A stretch of 64,000 nt of DNA. Source: Elusimicrobiota bacterium (lineage in GTDB: Bacteria > Elusimicrobiota > Elusimicrobia > FEN-1173). Below the pieces are notes generated by a model. The model had not been told where the DNA came from and ran no database searches. It saw nothing but the letters and a program-made list of their open reading frames with translations. The stretch covers positions 619,133 through 683,132 of the forward strand of contig JADJJR010000001.1 in the NCBI GenBank assembly GCA_016706425.1, given 5' to 3'. The position numbers and the translations under genes were made by a program. Every line of letters starts with the position of its first letter. Within the stretch, counting starts at the first letter, position 1. This document shows positions 49,450 through 61,886 of the stretch, in pieces.

Positions 49450-50992
49450 GGGCGTGCACTTCGACGCGGTTGCGGCCGAGGTCCTTGGCGCGGTAGAGGG
49501 CGCGGTCGGCGAAGGTCAACAGGTGCTCCAGATTTTCTCCCGCCACCGATCGGCTCGCGATGCCGAAGCTGGCGGTGACGGTCAGGAGCGGCCCTCGGCC
49601 TCGATGGGGGTCGCGGCCACGGCGTGGCGCAGGCGCTCGACCACCTCGCGGGCCGCTTCGGGGGGAGGTGTCGGGCAGAAGAACGGCGAATTCCTCGCCG
49701 CCGTAGCGACCCACCACGTCGGTCAAACGCAGGCCGTTTTTGAGACGTCGGGCGACCTCTTTCAACACGATGTCCCCGACCCCGTGGCCGTGGGTGTCGT
49801 TCACTTTCTTGAAATGGTCGATGTCGGCCATGACCACGGCCACGCCCCCGGGGCCGGGCCCGCGGCGGCGGGCGTTTTCCCGTTCCGCCAGAAAGAAGAA
49901 CTGCCGCCGGTTGAAAAGGCCCGTCAATTCGTCCGTGGTCGCCATTTGTTGGACTTCCCCCAGCAGGGCGACCGCTTCAAAGGCCGCGCGCGCCTGGGCG
50001 ACGCAGGTTTCCGCCATGTCGCGTTCCGTCACGCCGAAACCGCGGTGGCCCCTTTTGGCGAGCCACAAGACCCCCAACACCGACCCCTTGGACAGGAGGG
50101 GAAGGGCCAGCGCGCCCGGCGCCCCCGCCGTAAAGCGTCGCCAACCTCCGTCAGGAATTTCCGCGGGGGGGAAACCCCAAAAAAAGGGTCGTCCCGCGGC
50201 GAGCGCGGCGTCAAAGCCGGGCGCGCGTTCCGTGTGGGCCCGCCGCAGGGCGTCGTTGCGGGACAGCGCGCCTTTTCCGTCGACCCAGGCGAGCGGGGCC
50301 CCCTCCGCCACCCATTGAACGGACCACGCCGCCGCCCCGGTGAGCGGGCCGGCCGTGCGCCCGAGGGCGAGGGCGACATCGTTCGCCGATCGTTGGCGCA
50401 ACAGCAACGCCGCGAAGGAGCGGATGCGCTGCAAACGGGTGAAAGATAGGATGCGGTTGAACAGCAAAACATAGGCGATGCCGATCACGGTGGCGAACAC
50501 GAAGGCGTCATCGAGCCAGCCGTCCCCCGAAGGAAACCAAAGGACAACCCCCAGCCAGGCGCCCCCGAGGACCAGCGTGGCGATCGTCATCCAGAAGGCG
50601 GAGAGGAGAACGGCGGCGATGCCGATCAACGTCAGGCCCAAGTAGGCCGTGAACAGCAGATCGGACTTTAAGAGCGTCGCGGCCGTGAGGATGTTGAGCC
50701 CGGCCAGCGTCCCGAGCAGGGCGCCCCAGGCGTTGGCGCGCGAGCGGATGATGCGTCCCGCCCCGGCGGCCGCCCCCACAAAACCGTAAAAAACGATCAG
50801 CGCTCCGTCGAAGGCGAGCATCCCCCCCCGGTGCGCGGGCGGAAAGGTCAGCGCGTCGAAGGTGAAAAGTCCGACGTAAAGCGCCGCCAGGCAAAAAGCC
50901 ATCTTGCGCACGTCTTCCAGCACCGCCCCCTGGAGGGACCGGTGGTAGGCCACGGCGTGGTCGTCCCACGACAGCAAGGATCGTTTCTTCAT
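49433..50992 (-). CDS. Tandem GGDEF paralog copy 3 (intact ORF but with +1/-1 compensating indels giving a 24-aa out-of-frame patch)
   Basis: 519 aa. G-run 49660-49665 is 6 nt, and G-run 49585-49586 is 2 nt (versus 5 and 3 in copy 2). The patch RSGPRGGRAPAPRRGRDPHRGRGP replaces EAAREVVERLRHAVAATPIEAEGRS. Confidence 0.65.
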   Translation of the reverse strand: MKKRSLLSWDDHAVAYHRSLQGAVLEDVRKMAFCLAALYVGLFTFDALTFPPAHRGGMLAFDGALIVFYGFVGAAAGAGRIIRSRANAWGALLGTLAGLNILTAATLLKSDLLFTAYLGLTLIGIAAVLLSAFWMTIATLVLGGAWLGVVLWFPSGDGWLDDAFVFATVIGIAYVLLFNRILSFTRLQRIRSFAALLLRQRSANDVALALGRTAGPLTGAAAWSVQWVAEGAPLAWVDGKGALSRNDALRRAHTERAPGFDAALAAGRPFFWGFPPAEIPDGGWRRFTAGAPGALALPLLSKGSVLGVLWLAKRGHRGFGVTERDMAETCVAQARAAFEAVALLGEVQQMATTDELTGLFNRRQFFFLAERENARRRGPGPGGVAVVMADIDHFKKVNDTHGHGVGDIVLKEVARRLKNGLRLTDVVGRYGGEEFAVLLPDTSPRSGPRGGRAPAPRRGRDPHRGRGPLLTVTASFGIASRSVAGENLEHLLTFADRALYRAKDLGRNRVEVHAHESPD

Positions 50993-51056
50993 CGGTGGGG
51001 CGCGCGCGGCGCCCCTTTAAGAATGGGCCGGAAAAGAGCCGAACTCAATGGTTTTC

Positions 51057-51443
51057 TTAGAGGTAAAAATCCGCGGGGGCGAAGGCGTTGGGGATGTGTT
51101 CGCAGGCGCCGTTTCGCACCGCGACGACGTCGAAACGGAGCGGCCGTCCGATCCGGTTGTTGTCCTTGAGGTACGCCAAGGCGGCCTGGGCGACGCGGCG
51201 CTGTTTGGCGGGGGTGACGGTTGCGGCGGCCGCGCCGAAACGGTCCGACGATCGTTCGCGCACTTCCACGAAGACCAACGTGCCGCGGTCCTCCATCACC
51301 AAATCCACCTCGCCGGCGCGGGTGGCGGCGTTGGCCGCGCGAAAAACGAAACCGCGGGATTCGAGGAAGGAGCGGGCGAGCGTTTCGGCCCGTCGGCCCT
51401 GGGCCTGCCGGGGGGAGAGGAGACCTTTAAACGGGTTCAGCAA
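51057..51443 (-). CDS. yraN: YraN family (UPF0102) endonuclease
   Basis: Conserved EVDLVMEDRGTLVFVEVRER core. Confidence 0.75.
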   Translation of the reverse strand: MLNPFKGLLSPRQAQGRRAETLARSFLESRGFVFRAANAATRAGEVDLVMEDRGTLVFVEVRERSSDRFGAAAATVTPAKQRRVAQAALAYLKDNNRIGRPLRFDVVAVRNGACEHIPNAFAPADFYL

Positions 51444-52076
51444 TCCGGTCGAACAGCCCGGGGGACAGGCACTCCCGCACGGGCGCGTAGCTTTTGCGAT
51501 GGATGGGCGAGGGTCCGAACCGACGAAGGGCTTCGGCGTGTTCCGCCGTGCCGTAGCCTTTGTTGGCGGCGAAATCGTAATGGGGGTATTCCCGGTGGGC
51601 GCGGGCCATCCAGCGGTCGCGCGTGACCTTGGCGAGCACGCTCGCGGCGGCCACGCTGGCGCTTTTCCCGTCGCCGCCGATCACGGCCTCCTGGAGCCGC
51701 GCCGGCAGCTGAGGCACTTTTTTGTTGCCGTCGATTAAAATCAGGGAGGGCTCCACGCCGAGCGCGCGCACCGCCTGCGCCATGGCCAGAAACGTGGCCT
51801 GGAGGATGTTCCGTTCATCGATGATCTCGGGGGGACCAACTGCACCGCGTGGAACAAGGCGTCGCCGCGGATGCGGTCGAAGAGGGACTCGCGGGTTTTT
51901 TCGGAAAGTTTCTTGCTGTCGTTCAATTCCGGCCAACGGGTTTCGGGCCGCAAAATGACCGCCGCGGCCGCCACGGGTCCGGCCCAGGGGCCGCGGCCCG
52001 CCTCGTCGACGCCCGCCAAAACAAAAAAGCCTTTTTCGCGCCAGGCGTGATCGAAGGCGTAGAGGGCTTCCCGCAT
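51427..52076 (-). pseudogene. rnhB: Ribonuclease HII, interrupted by a frameshift in a G6/C6 homopolymer (51829-51834)
   Basis: N-terminal half (ORF 51741..52076: [16 protein letters not shown]). C-terminal half (ORF 51427..51936: [19 protein letters not shown]...DFAANKGYGT). The two are joined only by a frameshift at ctcggggggacc. Confidence 0.7.
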
Positions 52077-52157
52077 GGCAAAAGCCTATGAATTATCCCC
52101 CGGGAAAGCAAACGCCCGACGCCGGTTTTCGGCGTCGGGCGTCGGTTCGGGAAACGG

Positions 52158-52553
52158 TTATTTCGCGGCGACGGCTTCGGGCGCGGGGGCGGCCTTGGCG
52201 GTCGGCGTGTTGAGGCTTTCGTCTTCGATGCGGGCGGCCTTGCCGGAGAGGTCGCGCAGGTAATACAACCGCGCGCGCCGCACCTTGCCGGAGCGCAACA
52301 CCTTGATGCTCGATAGGCGCGGGGTGTGGAGGGGGAACGTCCTCTCGATGCCGATGCCGAAGGAGATTTTGCGCACCGTGAAGGTGGCGCCGATGCCGTG
52401 CCCGCGTTTGCGGATCACGACGCCTTCGAAGGCCTGCACGCGCTTCGATTCGCCCTCGATGATTTCCACGTCGAGGCGCACCACATCGCCCACGCGGAAG
52501 TCGGTGACTTTTTTCAGGAAAGACGATTCAACTTTTTCGAGAATGGAGTTCAT
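52158..52553 (-). CDS. rplS: 50S ribosomal protein L19
   Basis: [31 protein letters not shown]...; conserved L19. The 241-aa ORF in the track is an upstream extension. Confidence 0.9.
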   Translation of the reverse strand: MNSILEKVESSFLKKVTDFRVGDVVRLDVEIIEGESKRVQAFEGVVIRKRGHGIGATFTVRKISFGIGIERTFPLHTPRLSSIKVLRSGKVRRARLYYLRDLSGKAARIEDESLNTPTAKAAPAPEAVAAK

Positions 52554-52570
52554 AACACGCACCTTGTTTT

Positions 52571-53299
52571 TTATTTCATCAAATCCGGACGCTTGTTCTT
52601 CGTCGCGCGTTGCGACGCGTCGTGCCGCCAGCGCGCGATGGCCTTGTGGTCGCCGCCCAAAAGGACGTCGGGGGTTTTGCGTCCCCGCCAGACCGCCGGC
52701 CGCGTGAAGTGCGGGCAATCCAGCCGCCCCGCCCACCCGGCCGCGAAGGAGTCCTGCTCGAGGGACGCCGCTTCCTTCACCACCCCCGGCACCTGCCGGG
52801 CCACGGCGTCCACCACCACCAGGGCCGGAATCTCGCCGCCGGTCAAAACCACGTCGCCGACCGAAATCTCCCGGTCCACCCAATCCAAAATCCGTTCGTC
52901 CACGCCTTCGTAATGCCCGCAGAGGAGCACCAGGCGTTTCTTCGTCGCCAGTTCGTTGGCGAGGACCTGCGTCAATCGTTCGCCCTGGGGCGACAGGTAG
53001 ATCACCAGGGGGCGCTGGGGGCTTTTCTTGGCGCCGAGGCCCCGCCGGGGCGATCCGGCCCCCACCGTTTTCAGGGCCCGAAAAATAGGTTCCGCCTTCA
53101 TCACCATGCCGGGTCCGCCGCCGTAGGGGCGGTCGTCCGCGGTGCGGTGCTTGTCGTCGGCGTGGTCGCGGATGTCGGTGACCCGCCAGTCCACGAGGCC
53201 TTTGGCCCGGGCTTTTCCGATAAGGCTTTCGGCGAGGACCCCCTCGAACATCCGGGGGAACAGCGTTAAAAGATCAAAAAAAAGCGGCTTACTCTTCAC
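52571..53299 (-). CDS. trmD: tRNA (guanine37-N1)-methyltransferase
   Basis: Motifs [35 protein letters not shown]. Confidence 0.9.
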   Translation of the reverse strand: MKSKPLFFDLLTLFPRMFEGVLAESLIGKARAKGLVDWRVTDIRDHADDKHRTADDRPYGGGPGMVMKAEPIFRALKTVGAGSPRRGLGAKKSPQRPLVIYLSPQGERLTQVLANELATKKRLVLLCGHYEGVDERILDWVDREISVGDVVLTGGEIPALVVVDAVARQVPGVVKEAASLEQDSFAAGWAGRLDCPHFTRPAVWRGRKTPDVLLGGDHKAIARWRHDASQRATKNKRPDLMK

Positions 53300-53525
53300 G
53301 CAGGCGGATGTCGATGCGTTCCCCTTCGTTGGCGAAGACGACGCTGGTCAAGATCCGCAGGGAATCGATGGTTTTGCCCCGGCGGCCGATCACTTTGCCG
53401 CGGTCGGCCGGGTCGACGTTCAGCTCGACGGTCCGTTCGGTGTCGATCCAACGGGCCTCGACGCGTTCCGGTTTGTCCACCAATTGCTTGACGATGGACA
53501 TCACCAGTTCGACCGGCGAGGCCAT
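53289..53525 (-). CDS. KH-domain RNA-binding protein (YlqC/UPF0109-like)
   Basis: KH GxxG motif VIGRRGKTIDSLR. Occupies the position between rpsP and trmD (no rimM). Confidence 0.7.
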   Translation of the reverse strand: MASPVELVMSIVKQLVDKPERVEARWIDTERTVELNVDPADRGKVIGRRGKTIDSLRILTSVVFANEGERIDIRLREE

Positions 53526-53534
53526 GACGAAAAG

Positions 53535-53789
53535 TTAGTTGGCGGCCGGCTTCAACGCGCCCGCCGTTTTCAGGACGGTGCGCAGGGTGTCGGACGTCTG
53601 GGCGCCCTTGGACAACCAGAAGTTGAGGCGCTCGGTGTTGACGGTGACTTTGTTGGTCTTTTCCTTCGGGTGATAGTGACCCAAAATCTCGAGACCGGCG
53701 GCGTCGCGGGCCTTTCGGCTGTCGATGGCGACAATGCGGAAATGAGGCGTCTTCGGGCGCCCCACCCGCTGCATGCGTAAGCGAACCAT
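53535..53789 (-). CDS. rpsP: 30S ribosomal protein S16
   Basis: MVRLRMQRVGRPKTPHFRIVAIDSR... canonical S16. Confidence 0.9.
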   Translation of the reverse strand: MVRLRMQRVGRPKTPHFRIVAIDSRKARDAAGLEILGHYHPKEKTNKVTVNTERLNFWLSKGAQTSDTLRTVLKTAGALKPAAN

Positions 53790-53877
53790 GGGAATATTCC
53801 TCTCAGTTAAATTCGGGGTATTCTACTTCAGGACGGAAGGGCCTGTCAAGCCAAATCCCTCAAAAAATCGTAAATTT

Positions 53878-54039
53878 ACCCGGGCAATTCAGTTGCGCGC
53901 GAGGACCGAGATGAAAAAGACAAGCCTTTTTACAAAGCAAAAAAGTGAGGGCGTAGCTGGGACTACGCAGGAATTTTTTTGCGAAGAAAAAAGAGTTGGA
54001 TTTTTCATCGAATCCCGCGGGCAACTGAATTGCCCGGGT
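53878..54039. repeat. AT-rich 162-bp element bounded by perfect 19-bp inverted repeats (ACCCGGGCAATTCAGTTGC) in the rpsP-ppc divergent intergenic region
   Basis: IR arms at 53878-53896 and 54021-54039. The interior is AT-rich, unlike the ~70 % GC surroundings, and contains internal hairpins (gcaaaaaag...ttttttgc). Confidence 0.5.
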
Positions 54040-54049
54040 TAACGCCTTC

Positions 54050-56761
54050 ATGGACGCCCAACTCAAAGACAGCGTGCGGGTTTTGACCACCGGGCTCGGC
54101 CGGGTGATTCGCGAACAGCAGGGCGACCTCTTTTTTAGCAAACTGGAGAGGTTGCGCCAACTGGCCAAGGCCGCCCGGGTCCGGCCGGGGGCCGTCGCCC
54201 GCCGGAACCTGCGCCGGTGGGTCGACACCCTCACCCCCCGGGAGGCCGAAACCCTGGCCCGGGCGTTCACCTTGTATTTCCAGCTCGTCAATTTGGCGGA
54301 GGAACAGCACCGCCTTGAGCGCCTGCGCGCCCGGGAACGGGAGGGCCAGGCGCCGCCCCTCTCCGTGGAAAGGGCCCTGGGGGATCTCCGCCGGGCCGGC
54401 GTCTCGCCCGCGCGCCTCGCCCGGGCCGTCGGGGAGCTTCGCCTCGAGCCCGTTTTCACGGCGCACCCCACCGAAGCCAAACGCCGCGTCGTCCTCCGCC
54501 ACCTGCTGCGCCTCGGGTCGTTGTGGGAGCAGTGCCGCCGGGCCGATTTAACCCCCGCCGAGGCCCGCCGGGCCGAGGACAACGTGTTGGAGGCCCTGGA
54601 GGCCCTTTGGCAGACCCGGCAGGTGCGCGAACGGCGCGTGACGGTCGAGGACGAGGTGCGGAACGTGCTTTTCTTTTTGGCGGGCACGGTGCCCCAGGCC
54701 GTCGCCGAGTTTTCTTCCCATGTGGCCGCCGCCTTGGAACGCCACGCCCCGGGGGCGGTCCCGCCGGCCGGCCTTTTGACCTTCGGCACCTGGGTCGGGG
54801 GCGACCGGGACGGCAACCCCGCCGTGACGCCGGAGTCCTCGCGCTGGGCGCTGGCCGAACAACGGCGGACGGTGATCGAATTTTATTTGAAGGCCGTGGA
54901 CGGCTTGCAATGGCACCTGACCGGTTCCAGCACGGCCGCCCCCGTGGATCCGGCGGTCAAGCGGTCCCTCGACAAAGACCGCCGCGAACTGCCCGAACTG
55001 GCCGAGCGGATGCGCTCCTGGGAGGAAGGCGAATATTACCGCGCCAAGCTGTGGGCGATTGAGGCCCGTCTCCGTCGTTCTCTGGGGGGAACCCCGGGGG
55101 GGTATGCCGACGGGGCCGCCTTCGCCGATGAGTTGGCCCGCCTGCGGGCGAGCCTCGCCGGGCGACGGGGGACCCGCATGGCCCGGGGCGGGCTCGTGAC
55201 GTTGGAGCGCCAGGCCCGGGTGTTCGGGTTCCATTTGGCGCGCATGGATTTCCGCCAGCACAGCGGCCGCGTGCGGGCCGCCGCCGAGGCCATCCTCGGT
55301 CGGGCGCCGACGGCCGCCGAATGGCCGGAGGTGTTGAAAGCCGGCGGGCCCCGGGCCATCCCCCGGTCCGCCGCCGATTACCTCGCCCTGCGCGAGATGG
55401 AAACCCTCGCCGCTCTCCAGGGCGAGTTCGGCGCCGCCGCGGCCGACCACTACATCATTTCCATGACCCACGCGGCGGAAGACCTGTGGGCCGCGCTCTT
55501 CCTCGCCCGCCGGGCGGGTCTGGTGGAGGTTCGCCGCGGCCGTTGGCGGTCGACGGTGGACTTTGTTCCGCTTTTTGAAACCATCGAAGACCTGGCCCAC
55601 GCGCCCGCGCTCATGGGCGCCCTCTGGCGGCACCCTGTTTACCGGCAGATTCTGGCCTCCCGGAGGGGCGTCCAGGAAATCATGCTCGGCTACTCGGATT
55701 CGAACAAGGACGCCGGTTACGTGGCCGCCAATTTCCAGCTGTACCGGTCTCAGCGGGCCCTGGTCCGGGCCGCCGAATCGGCGGGGGTGCGCCTGCGGTT
55801 TTTCCACGGCAAGGGCGGCACCATCGACCGGGGCGGCGGGCCCGCCCACCGGGCCATCCTGGCCGCGCCCGAATCGGTGCCCGGCGGCGCCCTGCGCATC
55901 ACCGAACAGGGCGAGGTGATCGCCTACAAATACGGCCGACCGGCGATTGCCCGTCGGAACTTTGAGCAAATGGCGAGCGCGGTGTTGACCGCGCGGTTGG
56001 CACCCCCGGGCGCGGACCTGCCGGAGGACCGCCGCGCGGCCTACGAGGCCGCCCTGGCCGAAATCGCCGTGGCCTCGGCCCGCCAGTACCGGGCCCTGGT
56101 GCGCGACACGCCGGGTTTCGTCGATTATTTCAACCAGGCCACGCCCATCGACCTGATCGAGAAAATCGAGATCGCCAGCCGTCCGGTGTTCCGGCGGACC
56201 AAGCCCAAGGCCGAAGGCACCCCTCTTTCCGAGATGCGGGCCATCCCCTGGGTGTTCGCCTGGACGCAGTCGCGCCATTTGCTCCCGGCCTGGTACGGGG
56301 CGGGCGCGGGGCTTGACGGTTATTTGAAGGGCCGGGGCGCGGCGGGGAAGGCGCTCTTGGTCGAGATGTACGCCCGCTGGCCCTATTTTGCGGCCTTGGT
56401 CGACAATTTGGAAATGTCCCTGGCCAAGGCCGACCTGGGCGTGGCCGAAACCAGCGCCGCCCTGGTCAAGGACCCGGTTTTGCGTCGGACGATGTGGGGG
56501 CTCATCAAAGGGGAATACCAGCGCACGGTCGCCGCTCTCCGGACCATCACGGGCCACGCGGCGCCCCTGGAAAAGGCCCCCGTGCTGCGGGAATCCATCG
56601 CGCTCCGCAACCCCTACGTGGACTCTTTGAGCGCCCTGCAAAACCGGTTCCTGAAGGTCTGGCGGGACGAAACCCGCCCCGCCCGCGACCGCGAGGCCGC
56701 CCTGGCCGTGCTGTTGGTCACCCTCAACGGCATCGCGGCCGGGATGAAAAGCACAGGTTAA
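54050..56761 (+). CDS. ppc: Phosphoenolpyruvate carboxylase
   Basis: Motifs VFTAHPTE, GYSDSNKDAG, FHGKGGTIDRGGGP; 903 aa. Confidence 0.9.
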   Translation: MDAQLKDSVRVLTTGLGRVIREQQGDLFFSKLERLRQLAKAARVRPGAVARRNLRRWVDTLTPREAETLARAFTLYFQLVNLAEEQHRLERLRAREREGQAPPLSVERALGDLRRAGVSPARLARAVGELRLEPVFTAHPTEAKRRVVLRHLLRLGSLWEQCRRADLTPAEARRAEDNVLEALEALWQTRQVRERRVTVEDEVRNVLFFLAGTVPQAVAEFSSHVAAALERHAPGAVPPAGLLTFGTWVGGDRDGNPAVTPESSRWALAEQRRTVIEFYLKAVDGLQWHLTGSSTAAPVDPAVKRSLDKDRRELPELAERMRSWEEGEYYRAKLWAIEARLRRSLGGTPGGYADGAAFADELARLRASLAGRRGTRMARGGLVTLERQARVFGFHLARMDFRQHSGRVRAAAEAILGRAPTAAEWPEVLKAGGPRAIPRSAADYLALREMETLAALQGEFGAAAADHYIISMTHAAEDLWAALFLARRAGLVEVRRGRWRSTVDFVPLFETIEDLAHAPALMGALWRHPVYRQILASRRGVQEIMLGYSDSNKDAGYVAANFQLYRSQRALVRAAESAGVRLRFFHGKGGTIDRGGGPAHRAILAAPESVPGGALRITEQGEVIAYKYGRPAIARRNFEQMASAVLTARLAPPGADLPEDRRAAYEAALAEIAVASARQYRALVRDTPGFVDYFNQATPIDLIEKIEIASRPVFRRTKPKAEGTPLSEMRAIPWVFAWTQSRHLLPAWYGAGAGLDGYLKGRGAAGKALLVEMYARWPYFAALVDNLEMSLAKADLGVAETSAALVKDPVLRRTMWGLIKGEYQRTVAALRTITGHAAPLEKAPVLRESIALRNPYVDSLSALQNRFLKVWRDETRPARDREAALAVLLVTLNGIAAGMKSTG

Positions 56762-56794
56762 TAAGCCTTTTCTACATCCCCATCTCAAATTATA

Positions 56795-56823
56795 TTGACA
56801 ATAGTCAATACTTAATTTATAAT
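56795..56823 (+). promoter_or_regulatory. Consensus sigma70 promoter TTGACA-N17-TATAAT with overlapping palindrome TTGACAATAGTCAA (putative operator)
   Basis: TTGACA at 56795-56800, TATAAT at 56818-56823, 27 nt upstream of the antitoxin start. GGAGG SD before the ATG at 56850. Confidence 0.55.
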
Positions 56824-56849
56824 GGTTTTGGGGACGACGAGGAGGCTCT

Positions 56850-57224
56850 ATGAATACACTTTTGGCCGGGGATCGCGTGCCGGCGGCGGAAGCCCGCCGG
56901 CGGATCAACATGATCGTTCTTGAAATCGACGCCAAAGGGACGGATCTGGCCCGGGGCCTCAATATCAACGACGCCCAACTCAACCGCATGCGCCACAAAA
57001 AGACGGGATTTTACCGACAGGAAACCCTTCGCCCCATCAACCGGCTTCAGGAAATCTTGGACCTGGCCGAAAAGATTTTGACCCGCCCGGGGCTCCGCAA
57101 ATGGTTCATGACCCCGACCCCGAAACTGAACGATTTGCCGCCTTTGATGTGCCTTCGGACCGACAAGGAGGCGGAGAAAGTGAAATCCCTCCTGATGGCC
57201 CTGGGGCACGGTTTTCCTGCGTGA
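56850..57224 (+). CDS. Xre-family/DUF2384-type antitoxin (ParS/MbcA-like)
   Basis: C-terminal W...P...L..LPP...L.T....E.V..LL.AL..G pattern (RKWFMTPTPKLNDLPPLMCLRTDKEAEKVKSLLMALGHG) typical of RES-partner antitoxins. Stop overlaps the toxin start. Confidence 0.55.
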   Translation: MNTLLAGDRVPAAEARRRINMIVLEIDAKGTDLARGLNINDAQLNRMRHKKTGFYRQETLRPINRLQEILDLAEKILTRPGLRKWFMTPTPKLNDLPPLMCLRTDKEAEKVKSLLMALGHGFPA

Positions 57225-57730
57225 ATCTGGCCGCCGTCCAAACCCTTCTTCCCGGTGTCGCGTGCCCCCACAAAGCCTACTATCGCGTGGTGAGCAAGGG
57301 GTTCGCCTCCGGCATTGACGACATCGGGCCTTCGTTCCTCGTTGGTTGGCGGTACAATCCGAAGCACGAGTTCGGTGTCCTGTATCTGTCGGTCAGCCCG
57401 GAGTGTTGCGCCCTGGAGCGGGGGCGGCAGTTCGGCGGGGGGGCCGAAGTGTTTCGACCCTTCGTGACGGGGCGGTTCAAGGTCGACGTTCGACGCTGTT
57501 TGGACGTGACCCACAAGGACGTCCTGCGGGCGCTCGAAATCAATCGGGAGGACCTGCTGGCGGGCGACGATTACTCTTTGCCCCAATCCATCGCCCGGGA
57601 AGCCCGCCGGGTGGGGTTTGAGGCCGTTATTGCCCCTTCCGCCGCCAGCGACCGCTGCCAAAATTTGGTTGTTTTCAAGGACAAATTGACCCCGCCTTCT
57701 TATTGCCTTCTTGACACGCTGGTTGATTGA
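57221..57730 (+). CDS. RES-domain toxin (ParT/MbcT-like NAD+-targeting toxin)
   Basis: GTG overlaps the antitoxin stop (GTGA). Conserved R (VGWRYNP), E (...SPECCALE), S (IAPSAASD) spacing characteristic of the RES domain. Confidence 0.65.
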   Translation: MNLAAVQTLLPGVACPHKAYYRVVSKGFASGIDDIGPSFLVGWRYNPKHEFGVLYLSVSPECCALERGRQFGGGAEVFRPFVTGRFKVDVRRCLDVTHKDVLRALEINREDLLAGDDYSLPQSIAREARRVGFEAVIAPSAASDRCQNLVVFKDKLTPPSYCLLDTLVD

Positions 57731-57878
57731 AAGGGTTTTTCCACCACCAAGTCCTCTGACCGACACAGGTCGTTTGACGGGTTTCCCCCGGTTTTGGTAA
57801 ACTGACCCGGGTCCGCAAACCGTTGGGACCCCACCCTCCGCCCCCTCCGGGCGGCTAAATAAGCTAGGTAAACCCCGC

Positions 57879-61882
<4,004 letters not shown>

Positions 61883-61886
<4 letters not shown>

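Noticed and set aside
46383-50992. Possible CRISPR or other array, because of the ~1.5-kb periodic repetition
   Set aside because: The repeats are ~500-bp coding segments of paralogous genes, not short repeats with unique spacers. No cas genes are present.
54548-56998. 816-aa minus-strand ORF antisense to ppc
   Set aside because: ppc motifs are unambiguous on the plus strand. The antisense frame is low-complexity.
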